DNA from: an uncultured bacterium
GTDB lineage: Bacteria > Fidelibacterota > JAANXI01
NCBI GenBank assembly: GCA_964413425.1
Contig: CAYPST010000001.1
Coordinates: forward strand, 25,942 to 89,941
Direction of reading: 5' to 3'
Length of the DNA: 64,000 bases
The position numbers were made by a program, and so were the translations under genes. Under the pieces are notes generated by a model. It saw nothing but the letters and a program-made list of their open reading frames with translations, was not told the DNA's origin and searched no databases. Within the stretch, counting starts at the first letter, position 1; the number at the start of each line of letters is the position of its first letter. Shown here piece by piece: positions 37,680-46,432 of the stretch.

Positions 37680-39185
37680 TCAGGCCCTTTTTCTTTGATA
37701 TTGTTGCATATTAAAATCTGAGAGCACCACCTGCTCGGTGGCTTCCGCAGTCAGGAGCACGCCAGGCACTCCGGCTCCGGGGTGAGTACTCGCTCCTACA
37801 AAATACAGCCTGTCGATGTCTTCACTCCGGTTATGCGGACGGAAGATGGCGGTCTGGGTGAGTTTCGGCTCCACGCCCCACGCACTTCCCAGGTACGAAT
37901 TGCGCTGCGTCCGGAAATCCTCCGGAGTAAACAATTCCATAACGCCGATATTCTCCGTCAATCCCTGTAATCCGAAATCCTCCTCCAGATAACGCAGGAT
38001 TCTTCCGGCATATCGCTCCCCCTGCTGCTCCCAGTCGATACCGCTTCGAGCGTTTGCCACGGGAACCAGGATCGTCATGCTCTCGGCGTCAGGCGGGGCC
38101 ATCCCGGGATCCGTGCGGCTTGGAACATGCAGATAGATGGAAAAATCCTCCGGAAGAATCTTCTGATCGAATATATCCCGGACCAGTTCCTTGTATCGAG
38201 GGGACAGCACAATTGTGTGATGCCGGAGCTGCGGAAATTGCTTTTTCACACCTACATACATCAAAAATGCACTCATGGAATAATCCAGGTTTTCCACCCG
38301 GCGGTTGGTCCACTTATGTCTATGTACCGGAGGTATCAACTCCCGATAGGTATGAGCAAAATCCGCATTGGATATAACGGCGTCGGCGTCGAGGAACCGT
38401 CCATCCGTCTGTACTCCCACAGCCATACCATCGTTGACGACAATTTCCCGGGCCGGAGTATTGGTGAGTACGCGTCCTCCCAGTGATTCGAAGACCGACT
38501 CCAGCGCCCCGACCAGCGAATACATGCCGCCTTTGGAGTACCAGACGCCGCCGATCTTCTCCAGATAGGGAATCATCAGGTAAACCGCCGGGGCGCGAAA
38601 CGGATTCCCGCCGATGAACAGGGGATGAAAGGAAAACGCAAACTGATGCCGGGGGTCTGCAAAATGGCGCCTTACAAAAGTATGAGTCGACAACAGCGCC
38701 TTCAGTTTCAGAGCCCGGGGAAGGAACTGCAGCATGGTCCCCCAATCCATAAACGGCTGGGATCCGAGTCCGTCGGTGATGACCGCATGATACAACTCAC
38801 GTGATTCCCGGACGAAATCCTCGTAATGCTCCGCATCCGACGGGTTAAATTGCTTCATCTGCGCAATCATCCGGTCGGTATCATCCGTATAATCCAGGTA
38901 TGTACGGTCATGATAATATATCCGATAGAACGGATTCAATTTTGTCAGCTTTAGGTGATCCTCCATCCGGGTTCCACCGGCGTGAAACACCTTCTGAATG
39001 ATATCGGGCGCCGTGATGAGTGACGGCCCCATATCGAAGGTGTATCCCTCCTTTTTCAGCTGGAAAGCATGGCCGCCCACAGCAGCATTCTTCTCCAGGA
39101 GAGTCACTTCAAATCCCAACCCCTGTAATCGAATGGCAATAGCCAGACCACCCAATCCGGCGCCAATGACCACGATCTTATTCAT
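37680..39185 (-). CDS. crtI: phytoene desaturase
   Basis: 501 aa; N-terminal FAD-binding VIGAGLGGLA; CrtI-family C-terminal signature. Confidence 0.85.
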   Translation of the reverse strand: MNKIVVIGAGLGGLAIAIRLQGLGFEVTLLEKNAAVGGHAFQLKKEGYTFDMGPSLITAPDIIQKVFHAGGTRMEDHLKLTKLNPFYRIYYHDRTYLDYTDDTDRMIAQMKQFNPSDAEHYEDFVRESRELYHAVITDGLGSQPFMDWGTMLQFLPRALKLKALLSTHTFVRRHFADPRHQFAFSFHPLFIGGNPFRAPAVYLMIPYLEKIGGVWYSKGGMYSLVGALESVFESLGGRVLTNTPAREIVVNDGMAVGVQTDGRFLDADAVISNADFAHTYRELIPPVHRHKWTNRRVENLDYSMSAFLMYVGVKKQFPQLRHHTIVLSPRYKELVRDIFDQKILPEDFSIYLHVPSRTDPGMAPPDAESMTILVPVANARSGIDWEQQGERYAGRILRYLEEDFGLQGLTENIGVMELFTPEDFRTQRNSYLGSAWGVEPKLTQTAIFRPHNRSEDIDRLYFVGASTHPGAGVPGVLLTAEATEQVVLSDFNMQQYQRKRA

Positions 39186-40776
39186 GTGTCCTTCCTTGCT
39201 TCTTTTGATTAATAATGCTGTCCAACCCGGCTTGCCAGTATTCCGTTATTTCCCGGAGTGACTGGCTATGATTCTGAGGCATGTCCTTCTCAACTGAGAA
39301 CCCCTCCTGTTCGGCAATCAAAGTGGCCGCCATCCGTCCGGAGAGGAGCACCAGCGGTATCCCGCCGCCGGGATGGACCGAGCCACTGGCAAAGTACAGC
39401 CCCCGAATATCCCGGCTGCGATTGGGATGACGTTGAAATGCCGTTGTCCGGCTGTTGGAAGACACCCCATAAATGCTCCCCTTATTGCTGCCAAACAGGC
39501 GAAAGAAGTCCACCGGAGTCAGTACTTCTTCCAGCTCGATATCCGAGGCGATATCAATGCCGTGTGCTCTGAGTTTTCGGAATACCTGCTGCCGGGTTTC
39601 ACCGACAAACCGCGACCAGTTCTGGCTGCCGAACATATACGGCATATTCACCAGCACAAACCAGTTCTCCCGGCCTGCAGGGGCATCCCCGGGGTCGGTC
39701 TTTGAGGAGATTGCGATATATACCGTGGGATCATCAGGAGCCCGCAATTCCTGAAACAACTGTCGAAACTCCTGCCGGTAATCATTGGAAAAGAAAATAT
39801 TATGGTGCTTCAGATCCGGCGTCACACCTCGTTTGCCCCAGAAGAACACTAACCCGGAGAGCGATGGTTCAAGCGCAGTCACCTGCCGATGCAGGTGGGG
39901 CAGGTTCTCCAGCAGTTGATTGTAAGCGGTCACAACATCGACATTACAGATGACGTAATCCGCCCGGTAGGATTCTCCCCCGACTCGAACCCCTGCCACC
40001 TGCTCCCCGTTATGCTGTATTTTTTCCACCCGGGTCGAATGGTGAATTCGTACTCCCCTGGCACGCGCCATTTGCTGCAGTATCTCTACCAGACGATACA
40101 TTCCTCCGGAAATGTAAAAGCCGCCCAGGCCGAATTCCACATAAGGGATAATGTTCAGCGTTGCCGGCGCCTGATAGGGATCGGAGCCGTTATATGTGGC
40201 ATACCTGTCGAATAATTGAATCAACTTCGGATCCTGAAAATGGGATGCGACAGCCTTATGGACCGTTCGCAGTGGATCGATTCTATGCAGAAGGGTGAGC
40301 GATTTCAAGTACATGGGAAAACGAGACAAACTTATCTCATGAATCGGATTCCAGAGAAAGAGATCTGCCGTGTGCTCGAAAATCCGCTTACTATAACGGA
40401 GGAATCGACGGTACGAGCGCACATCATCCGGCGCAACACGACGGATTTCCGCTTCCATTGAAACCGGGTCCATACTGGCGTCGAACACAGTTCCGTCAGG
40501 AAACTGATATCTGCAGAGCGGATCCAGTGGAATATATTCTAAAGAATCCGACGGTTCCGCCTCGATGAACCGGAATAACTCATCCACCACAAACGGCATG
40601 GTCAGCAGGGAGGGGCCGGTATCGAATCGATAGCCGTCCAGCCGGAGTTCATTCATCTTTCCGCCCAGCGACCGGTTCTGCTCAAACAGTGTGACGTCAA
40701 ACCCCATTTTCGCCAGCCGGAGGGCACTGCTCAAACCCGCCAGTCCACCGCCGACGACAGTAACTTTCTTAGGCAT
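39178..40776 (-). CDS. CrtI-family carotenoid oxidoreductase (CrtO-type ketolase or CrtD-type 3,4-desaturase)
   Basis: About 530 aa from Met at 40776; FAD motif VVGGGLAGLS; second CrtI paralogue in the operon, as in salinixanthin-type clusters; exact reaction not assignable from sequence. Confidence 0.7.
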   Translation of the reverse strand: MPKKVTVVGGGLAGLSSALRLAKMGFDVTLFEQNRSLGGKMNELRLDGYRFDTGPSLLTMPFVVDELFRFIEAEPSDSLEYIPLDPLCRYQFPDGTVFDASMDPVSMEAEIRRVAPDDVRSYRRFLRYSKRIFEHTADLFLWNPIHEISLSRFPMYLKSLTLLHRIDPLRTVHKAVASHFQDPKLIQLFDRYATYNGSDPYQAPATLNIIPYVEFGLGGFYISGGMYRLVEILQQMARARGVRIHHSTRVEKIQHNGEQVAGVRVGGESYRADYVICNVDVVTAYNQLLENLPHLHRQVTALEPSLSGLVFFWGKRGVTPDLKHHNIFFSNDYRQEFRQLFQELRAPDDPTVYIAISSKTDPGDAPAGRENWFVLVNMPYMFGSQNWSRFVGETRQQVFRKLRAHGIDIASDIELEEVLTPVDFFRLFGSNKGSIYGVSSNSRTTAFQRHPNRSRDIRGLYFASGSVHPGGGIPLVLLSGRMAATLIAEQEGFSVEKDMPQNHSQSLREITEYWQAGLDSIINQKKQGRTHE

Positions 40777-41446
40777 GGCGGACCCTTCGGAGTTTTTCAT
40801 ACAAAATGAGTGTGAACAGAATCAGTGCGAATCCATAGAAGAAATCCTCCAGTGGGATAGTAAAAATGTATATACCCAGCTGGAAGGATGTATCATACAA
40901 CACCAGAGGACGGGCGGTGAGATACCCGTTAAACAGCAAAATAAACACAGCCAGAACGCCCAGATATCGATAGGTTCTGCTTTCCAGGAGCACGCCGGTT
41001 TTCAACACCAGATCCAGCCCTATCACCAGAGCCAGGGCCAGCAAGACCAATCCCGGATATTCATATCCAAGCAGTAGAAACAGTGTTCCGATAATCAGGC
41101 TGCAGGCCGCGAAAACTCCAAGCGTTCCGGTACGAATTACAACAGCTGCTTCACGATGAGCGAAAAACACTTCCCAGACAAACAGGCAGGCGAACGGGAC
41201 CGAAACAAAAAACAATATTTCCTCCACAGGGAGTCCTGCTACCCGAAATCCTGTGGTGTAATCCTGATTAAACCACCAGTGCCGCCCGACAACCAGGGCA
41301 TCCCAGAGAACAAAAGGGACCAGCACGGCTGCGATAGCCGTAAAAACCATCGGCCACCTTGAGGCGAACCGGACTTTGTTTTCAAAACTAAAGCCAATCG
41401 GACCGGCCATCACCAGCACATTAAACAGGAGATATTCGTATTTCAT
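40769..41446 (-). CDS. lycopene cyclase domain protein (fused CrtYcd type)
   Basis: 225 aa; seven hydrophobic segments; duplicated heterodimeric-lycopene-cyclase-like halves. Confidence 0.7.
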   Translation of the reverse strand: MKYEYLLFNVLVMAGPIGFSFENKVRFASRWPMVFTAIAAVLVPFVLWDALVVGRHWWFNQDYTTGFRVAGLPVEEILFFVSVPFACLFVWEVFFAHREAAVVIRTGTLGVFAACSLIIGTLFLLLGYEYPGLVLLALALVIGLDLVLKTGVLLESRTYRYLGVLAVFILLFNGYLTARPLVLYDTSFQLGIYIFTIPLEDFFYGFALILFTLILYEKLRRVRHA

Positions 41447-42021
41447 TCGCTGTGTATCTCAGCTTTTATTGTATTAAGAGTCACCTCTTCTCCGGCAGTC
41501 AGGGGAACTTCCTCTTCCATGAACCGGACGACATCCAGGATCAGTTCGGAGTCGTACTGCCGATAATTCTCCTCCAGTAACCCTATGATGTGCCGGAATG
41601 TCTTAAGAGCATCCTCTTTGCAGCCGAAGAAGAACGGCAGATGATGACAGGTCATTCCATAGATGAAAAGTGCTTCCAGATCATCGGGAGCTTCCGTTAA
41701 TCCCTGCTCCATCATCTGTAAACCATCCTGCACATATCGCAATTTCTTCTGTGGCATAAAGGCGTGCTTGCCTTTCAGGGTATAGGCCGCCCCTGTATAA
41801 GTCAGTGCCAGTCCGTTATAGGCCGGCGCATGGCTGGAGAGCTCCTGGAATATTTCCTGAGTCGTATCCACCAGGCTTTCCTGCCGCACGGCCTCATAGA
41901 ACGCCTTCCGGCCCTTATCCAATAACACCTCCATATCGGCAGCAGACGCCTGGTATCCCGCGGGCCCTCCGGTGAATATAGACAGGCCAACCAGCAGTAT
42001 GAGATATTTCCGTTTCTTCAA
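41443..42021 (-). CDS. secreted hypothetical protein, first gene of the carotenoid operon
   Basis: 192 aa; Sec signal peptide (MKKRKYLILLVGLSIFTGGPAGYQASA); helical; ATGA-type overlap with crtYcd start. Confidence 0.55.
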   Translation of the reverse strand: MKKRKYLILLVGLSIFTGGPAGYQASAADMEVLLDKGRKAFYEAVRQESLVDTTQEIFQELSSHAPAYNGLALTYTGAAYTLKGKHAFMPQKKLRYVQDGLQMMEQGLTEAPDDLEALFIYGMTCHHLPFFFGCKEDALKTFRHIIGLLEENYRQYDSELILDVVRFMEEEVPLTAGEEVTLNTIKAEIHSE

Positions 42022-42196
42022 TGGTCCCCTCTTCTCCGTTTGCTCATATGGTTATTTCTGAATATATGAGCGTTATGAACGGTAAATGTTACAGATTTAT
42101 TTTAACTGAGTCAAATATAAAAGTTCAATACGATTATATTATTTGCTTCTCCGGTACGCAGACAGTAATTTTCTTCTGAATATCAGGGAGGGGAAT
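42022..42196. promoter_or_regulatory. divergent promoter/operator region between the carotenoid operon and the litR/carH-like regulator
   Basis: 175-bp AT-rich intergenic region between two divergent start codons; direct repeat TTCTGAATAT at 42056-42065 and 42173-42182; TGTTACA/TGTCAAA-like elements. Confidence 0.5.
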
Positions 42197-43066
42197 ATGC
42201 GTGCGACCATACAATATTTTTCTACCAAAGATGTGGCCCGTCTCCTGGGTGTTCACGTCTCCACTATCAAGCGGTGGACGCAAGAGGGGAAGCTGGACTG
42301 CATTAAAACCGCCGGTGGCCACCGGAAATTTTCCTTTCAGCATATCACCAAATTTCTGCAGGATCATCGTGAGCAGATTGACCGGGCCAATCTCCTCTCA
42401 ATCGAATCCGGAGAGGACCTCCAGCTCAGTTATGAAATAATGAATAACAATACGGACTTCCTCGGAGAGTATATTTTTGCACAGGCATTACAGCGAAACA
42501 GGAAGCAGGTCAATAAGGTGTTGAACGGACTATCGCTGGCCCAGTACCCACTCTACCGGGTTTATGACGAGATTCTGACTCCGGTGCTCCACGAAATTGG
42601 CGATCAATGGGAGGCGAATGAACTCACCGTGATTGAAGAGCACATTGCAGCCCAAACCATCCGGGATGCGATTATCCGGCTGCAGGGTATTCTCCAATTA
42701 CCGGAGACCACCCGCGGCAATGTTCTGTGTCTCAGCCTCACTTCCGAACTGCATGATATTGCCCTCAAGATGGCAGACCATATTCTGGAACAGCGGGGCT
42801 TCACCGTCCTGTTCAGCGGACAAATGACCCCGCTCTATGGTATCGAGACTGTTTTGCAGAAGTACGAGGTCAGCCGTCTCTATATTTCGAGCACGTACGT
42901 TTCCGATGTCAACCGCGCGCAGTTTGAACTGAATTATCTCTACGATCACTGCGCTGATTATGGTACGGATATCATTGTGGGAGGGAGCGGTTTTGATACA
43001 CTGGAATACGATCACCCGGCGGTAAAGGCGCGGCTGCATACGTTCAGGGAAATACAGGAATATTAA
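42197..43066 (+). CDS. MerR-family transcriptional regulator with C-terminal cobalamin-binding domain (CarH/LitR-type light-responsive regulator)
   Basis: N-terminal MerR HTH (YFSTKDVARLLGVHVSTIKRW); C-terminal B12-binding-like module (ELHDIALKM with candidate axial His, ...SxV..., ...GGSG); GGGAGGGG RBS upstream of the Met at 42197 (the longer ORF starts at 42143). Confidence 0.7.
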   Translation: MRATIQYFSTKDVARLLGVHVSTIKRWTQEGKLDCIKTAGGHRKFSFQHITKFLQDHREQIDRANLLSIESGEDLQLSYEIMNNNTDFLGEYIFAQALQRNRKQVNKVLNGLSLAQYPLYRVYDEILTPVLHEIGDQWEANELTVIEEHIAAQTIRDAIIRLQGILQLPETTRGNVLCLSLTSELHDIALKMADHILEQRGFTVLFSGQMTPLYGIETVLQKYEVSRLYISSTYVSDVNRAQFELNYLYDHCADYGTDIIVGGSGFDTLEYDHPAVKARLHTFREIQEY

Positions 43067-43093
43067 CGCTCGCGGGCGGGATGCGGATTGTTC

Positions 43094-43774
43094 TCAGAGC
43101 GAAGCCAGCAGGACGGCAATAATTCCGGTCAGGAAAATCCCGTCGAATGTGCCGGCGCCGCCGATGGACGCCACCGGGGCACCGGAGTGGGCAATCTTCT
43201 TCAGATTCAACAGATCCGCGCCTATCAGCGTCCCGAAGGTTCCGGAAATATAGGCCACCACCGGCTCATATGTATTGGTGAGGATGACCGCTGCCAGGGC
43301 GGCAATAATCGGCGGGATGAACAGCGGAACACCGATGCCTACCCCCTGTATCTGCCGGGCCAGTCTGTTAACAGCCACCGTCAATATGGCGGTGGCAACC
43401 AGAGCGGGAAGCAGAATGGCGGGATTTGACAGGAGCAGATAGAGTGACAGCAGCACCGGGATGACAGCGCCACCGACATTCACCGCAATCAAAGTCTCAT
43501 TGCTCCGGGCCATTCCCGGAATCCGGAACCGCCAGCCCATAAACCGCACCTGCGAACCGGTGGAGACAACCACATCGCTGGAAATGCGCTTCACCGGAAC
43601 ATTCACCGCACTCCCCAGCAGTGAGAGAAACAGCAGAAGAAATACGGCCTCCATGGGAATACCGACGGCTTCGAACGCGTAACCAATCACCCCAATCTGC
43701 ACGATAAAGAACAGGAATCCCAGTATCAGAATGTACAGGAGAAAGAAAATAAACAGAAACGGAAGAAAATACAT
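43094..43774 (-). CDS. DUF1614-like polytopic membrane protein
   Basis: 226 aa; about 6 TM helices; family assignment from memory. Confidence 0.5.
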   Translation of the reverse strand: MYFLPFLFIFFLLYILILGFLFFIVQIGVIGYAFEAVGIPMEAVFLLLFLSLLGSAVNVPVKRISSDVVVSTGSQVRFMGWRFRIPGMARSNETLIAVNVGGAVIPVLLSLYLLLSNPAILLPALVATAILTVAVNRLARQIQGVGIGVPLFIPPIIAALAAVILTNTYEPVVAYISGTFGTLIGADLLNLKKIAHSGAPVASIGGAGTFDGIFLTGIIAVLLASL

Positions 43775-44037
43775 CGTTGCTCATCCTTTCATTGGTCTTG
43801 TACCGAAGATAGTAAACCGAATCAACTTGCACAACTGCGACCTGTTATCAGTTGCTGCGGGTATTTGCCTTTATATGTTGTGTACTGTATGGATAACGAC
43901 CAAAAAAGGAATGCGATAAAATCAGAGACATGCAAAAGAAGGAGGTATCACAAAACCGCACACGTCGCAAAAAACTTTAAGAGACATTACCCTATGCTTG
44001 TGCTGCTGGATCGCTTAATGAGTATCGTTGCTAAGCC

Positions 44038-44508
44038 TTATCGCTGGTCTTTCGTGGCGTCATTCTGCGAAGCAGTCAGATCTTCCACCCGCTGTTTTAA
44101 TGCTTCATTCATCTGTTGAAAGCCAACCCGGGTGTTGGTATCCAGGCTCCGCCACAACAGCGGGACCAGGAGTCCGGTGAAATTTTCTTCCTGGGTAAAT
44201 AACACTTTCTTCTCCGACAGGGGCAGAATTTGAAAGATATGCTCTCCGTTGAATAACCGGGGGAGCCCCATTCGTCCTATCCAGCGAAATTCTCTGGGAG
44301 GATTGGCCGTCAGTACGGTCGGTCTGAACCACATCCCCTTGCTGCCGGGTGGTTTGATCAACACCTCCAGGCGACTCCCGCTGACCGGGGTTCCGATAAT
44401 CTCCGGAATGAAGGGGTTCCATTCGGCATGAGCCCCGAAATCCATTAAGGTTTGCCACACCTGCTCCGCGGATGCCCGAATCTCAATCTCACTGCGTAAG
44501 GTCCGCAT
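44038..44508 (-). CDS. SRPBCC family protein
   Basis: 156 aa; polyketide-cyclase/START-like fold indicators (WNPFIPE, FRWIG). Confidence 0.6.
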   Translation of the reverse strand: MRTLRSEIEIRASAEQVWQTLMDFGAHAEWNPFIPEIIGTPVSGSRLEVLIKPPGSKGMWFRPTVLTANPPREFRWIGRMGLPRLFNGEHIFQILPLSEKKVLFTQEENFTGLLVPLLWRSLDTNTRVGFQQMNEALKQRVEDLTASQNDATKDQR

Positions 44509-44771
44509 AACTATCCCTAACTCCTGATCAATATTTCAGCAATTACTATATCAGTATCTCTTATTTTTCCCGGTGAGTATAGTAAGTATACGTACGAATT
44601 ATTCCACTGTCGACTGTTTTATTTCCTGGCGAAAATTTTTCGTGTGCGGACCGGAGCATATCGAGAGCAAATGGCCTCCCCGGAGGGAGCGGAGAGGCCT
44701 GTTTACAGGCGCATGAACAAGGGAAGCGTTGTTCTCTGTGCGCTTTTACGAGAATCATACATTGTATCTTT

Positions 44772-45770
44772 TTACAGCACTTTTTTCCCTCGACTGATGG
44801 AGATATTTCCGGCGGAGGTTCTCAATTCGAGCAGCGGCCCCCCACCATTTAAAGTGCCTTCAATCCGACCCTGCGACAGTTCTCCCCGCACCGTGATGGG
44901 TAAATCCGTGATGATTTTCCCACCCATGGATCGGGCTTCAATGTCCAGCCGGACATCCTCCGGAATGTTCACTGTCACACTGCCGGCGGACGTCGTCAGA
45001 CGACAATCCCCTTTGGGCTGGCTCAGGAGTGTGGCTTCCACCGAGCCACCTGATGTTCTGGCATCCACCGCATCGGTCACGCCGTCAATGGTGATACTGC
45101 CACCGGCCGTTCGGGCTTCCAGCGTTCCGTTGATTTCGCCAAGATGAATGGAGCCCCCGGAGGTTTCCACTTTTGCGCTACTGAGAACCCGGCCGACTAC
45201 TATACTGCCGCCGGCAGTTTTCAACTCTACATTACGGCCGCTTCCGCCCAGCCGGATACTCCCGCCGGCGGTTTTCGCACTCACCGGTCCCCGCACCTTC
45301 CCAATCTGGATGCTTCCGCCTGCGGTACGTGAAACAACCGAGCCGTCCAAATCAGCAATATCGATAGACCCACCGGCAGTACTCAGATTAATATTATACT
45401 CTTTAGGGATCATGATCCTGTAGCGTACCTGTAACCTATTTCGCCTGTGATTGTCTATCTCTCCGATGACCTCCACATCATTCCCATCCTGATTGAATTC
45501 AATCTGAAACCGTTCCAGAATCTCTTTCCCCTGAATGCTTCCAATCACATTTGCCCGCCGTTCTACGTTCACTTCCACCACATTCTGATTGCCGGTCCGC
45601 ACGTTCACTGATCCCAGATCGCTTTCCAGTGTCAGTGTCCCTCCGGGCTGTACCTGAAAGGTCCGGCTCACCGTATCCGAAACGTCGGCACACGCCTCGG
45701 CTGCGATAAATCCGAGCACCAGAAACAGGCTGAGCAGCGGATATTTGATATGTCGAATGATCGATCTCAT
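44772..45770 (-). CDS. DUF4097-like putative adhesin (beta-helical repeat protein)
   Basis: Seven or more repeats of TAGGSI-x(7-9); signal peptide from the Met at 45770, which has a GAAGGAGG Shine-Dalgarno 7 nt upstream (the longer ORF to 45791 lacks one). Confidence 0.65.
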   Translation of the reverse strand: MRSIIRHIKYPLLSLFLVLGFIAAEACADVSDTVSRTFQVQPGGTLTLESDLGSVNVRTGNQNVVEVNVERRANVIGSIQGKEILERFQIEFNQDGNDVEVIGEIDNHRRNRLQVRYRIMIPKEYNINLSTAGGSIDIADLDGSVVSRTAGGSIQIGKVRGPVSAKTAGGSIRLGGSGRNVELKTAGGSIVVGRVLSSAKVETSGGSIHLGEINGTLEARTAGGSITIDGVTDAVDARTSGGSVEATLLSQPKGDCRLTTSAGSVTVNIPEDVRLDIEARSMGGKIITDLPITVRGELSQGRIEGTLNGGGPLLELRTSAGNISISRGKKVL

Positions 45771-45820
45771 TGGTCCTCCTTCATCAATCATGCATTTTCG
45801 TATTCGTCTACTCCCATTAA

Positions 45821-45836
45821 TACAATTCCTGTGCCA
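45821..45836 (-). promoter_or_regulatory. candidate sigma-54 (-24/-12) promoter upstream of the DUF4097 gene
   Basis: Minus strand reads TGGCAC-AGGAA-TTGTA (consensus TGGCAC-N5-TTGCW) with correct N5 spacing, about 50 nt upstream of the start codon; -12 GC is GT here, so weak. Confidence 0.3.
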
Positions 45837-46432
45837 GGAATCCCTGTTTCCCCGCTGACCTTACAAATACCGGACCACAGACCGGCCACTCACTGCATTG
45901 GCATATCTTTTTGATATAATCGCATATCATGTTGATATAGATCACATTTTTTGGGTGATCGTGTTCTCCGGCGATAGGTTTGTGAGATGCCCTTGACTAT
46001 TATCGCCTTCGTCCCACACTCTGCTGCCCGCTCTTCGGGAAATTGGTGAGAACCTGTGCCGGGGATTACCCCTCTCCACCCCGGCGAGATAGCATCTCGC
46101 TCCAGAGGCTGTGTGAGAACAAGAAGTCAAGTAGAGAAAATGGCATCCTGATCGGAGTCCCGGTGTGTGGGATCCCGGTTCGCCGGGAAAGGATCTCCTC
46201 GTTTGTCCCCTATCCCATGTTATACAAGAGTTTTAGCAAGTCGGGAGCATCATCCCAGGGGATCCTTCTCCCGGTAAACCGGGATCAGGATGACAATCTT
46301 TTTATTGACCTGGCATTCTCACACACCCTCTCTACATCGGGGATTCAAACGGTTCGACATGGGGACGGAGATCCAGTTCCAGGGTCCAGGTGCTTCGGTC
46401 CGGCGCTTTGACTGAAATGCTCCGGCAAGCGC

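Noticed and set aside
46028-46170. Cobalamin-riboswitch-like core GGGAAATTGGTGAGAACC
   Set aside because: No B12 box (GCCACTG) follows in register, and there is no downstream plus-strand gene to regulate. Insufficient for a call without Infernal.
46043-46411. 122-aa plus-strand ORF in the 45.8-46.4 kb gap
   Set aside because: Pro/Arg/Gly/Ser-rich with no start context. The region is dominated by GC hairpins, consistent with noncoding structured DNA/RNA.
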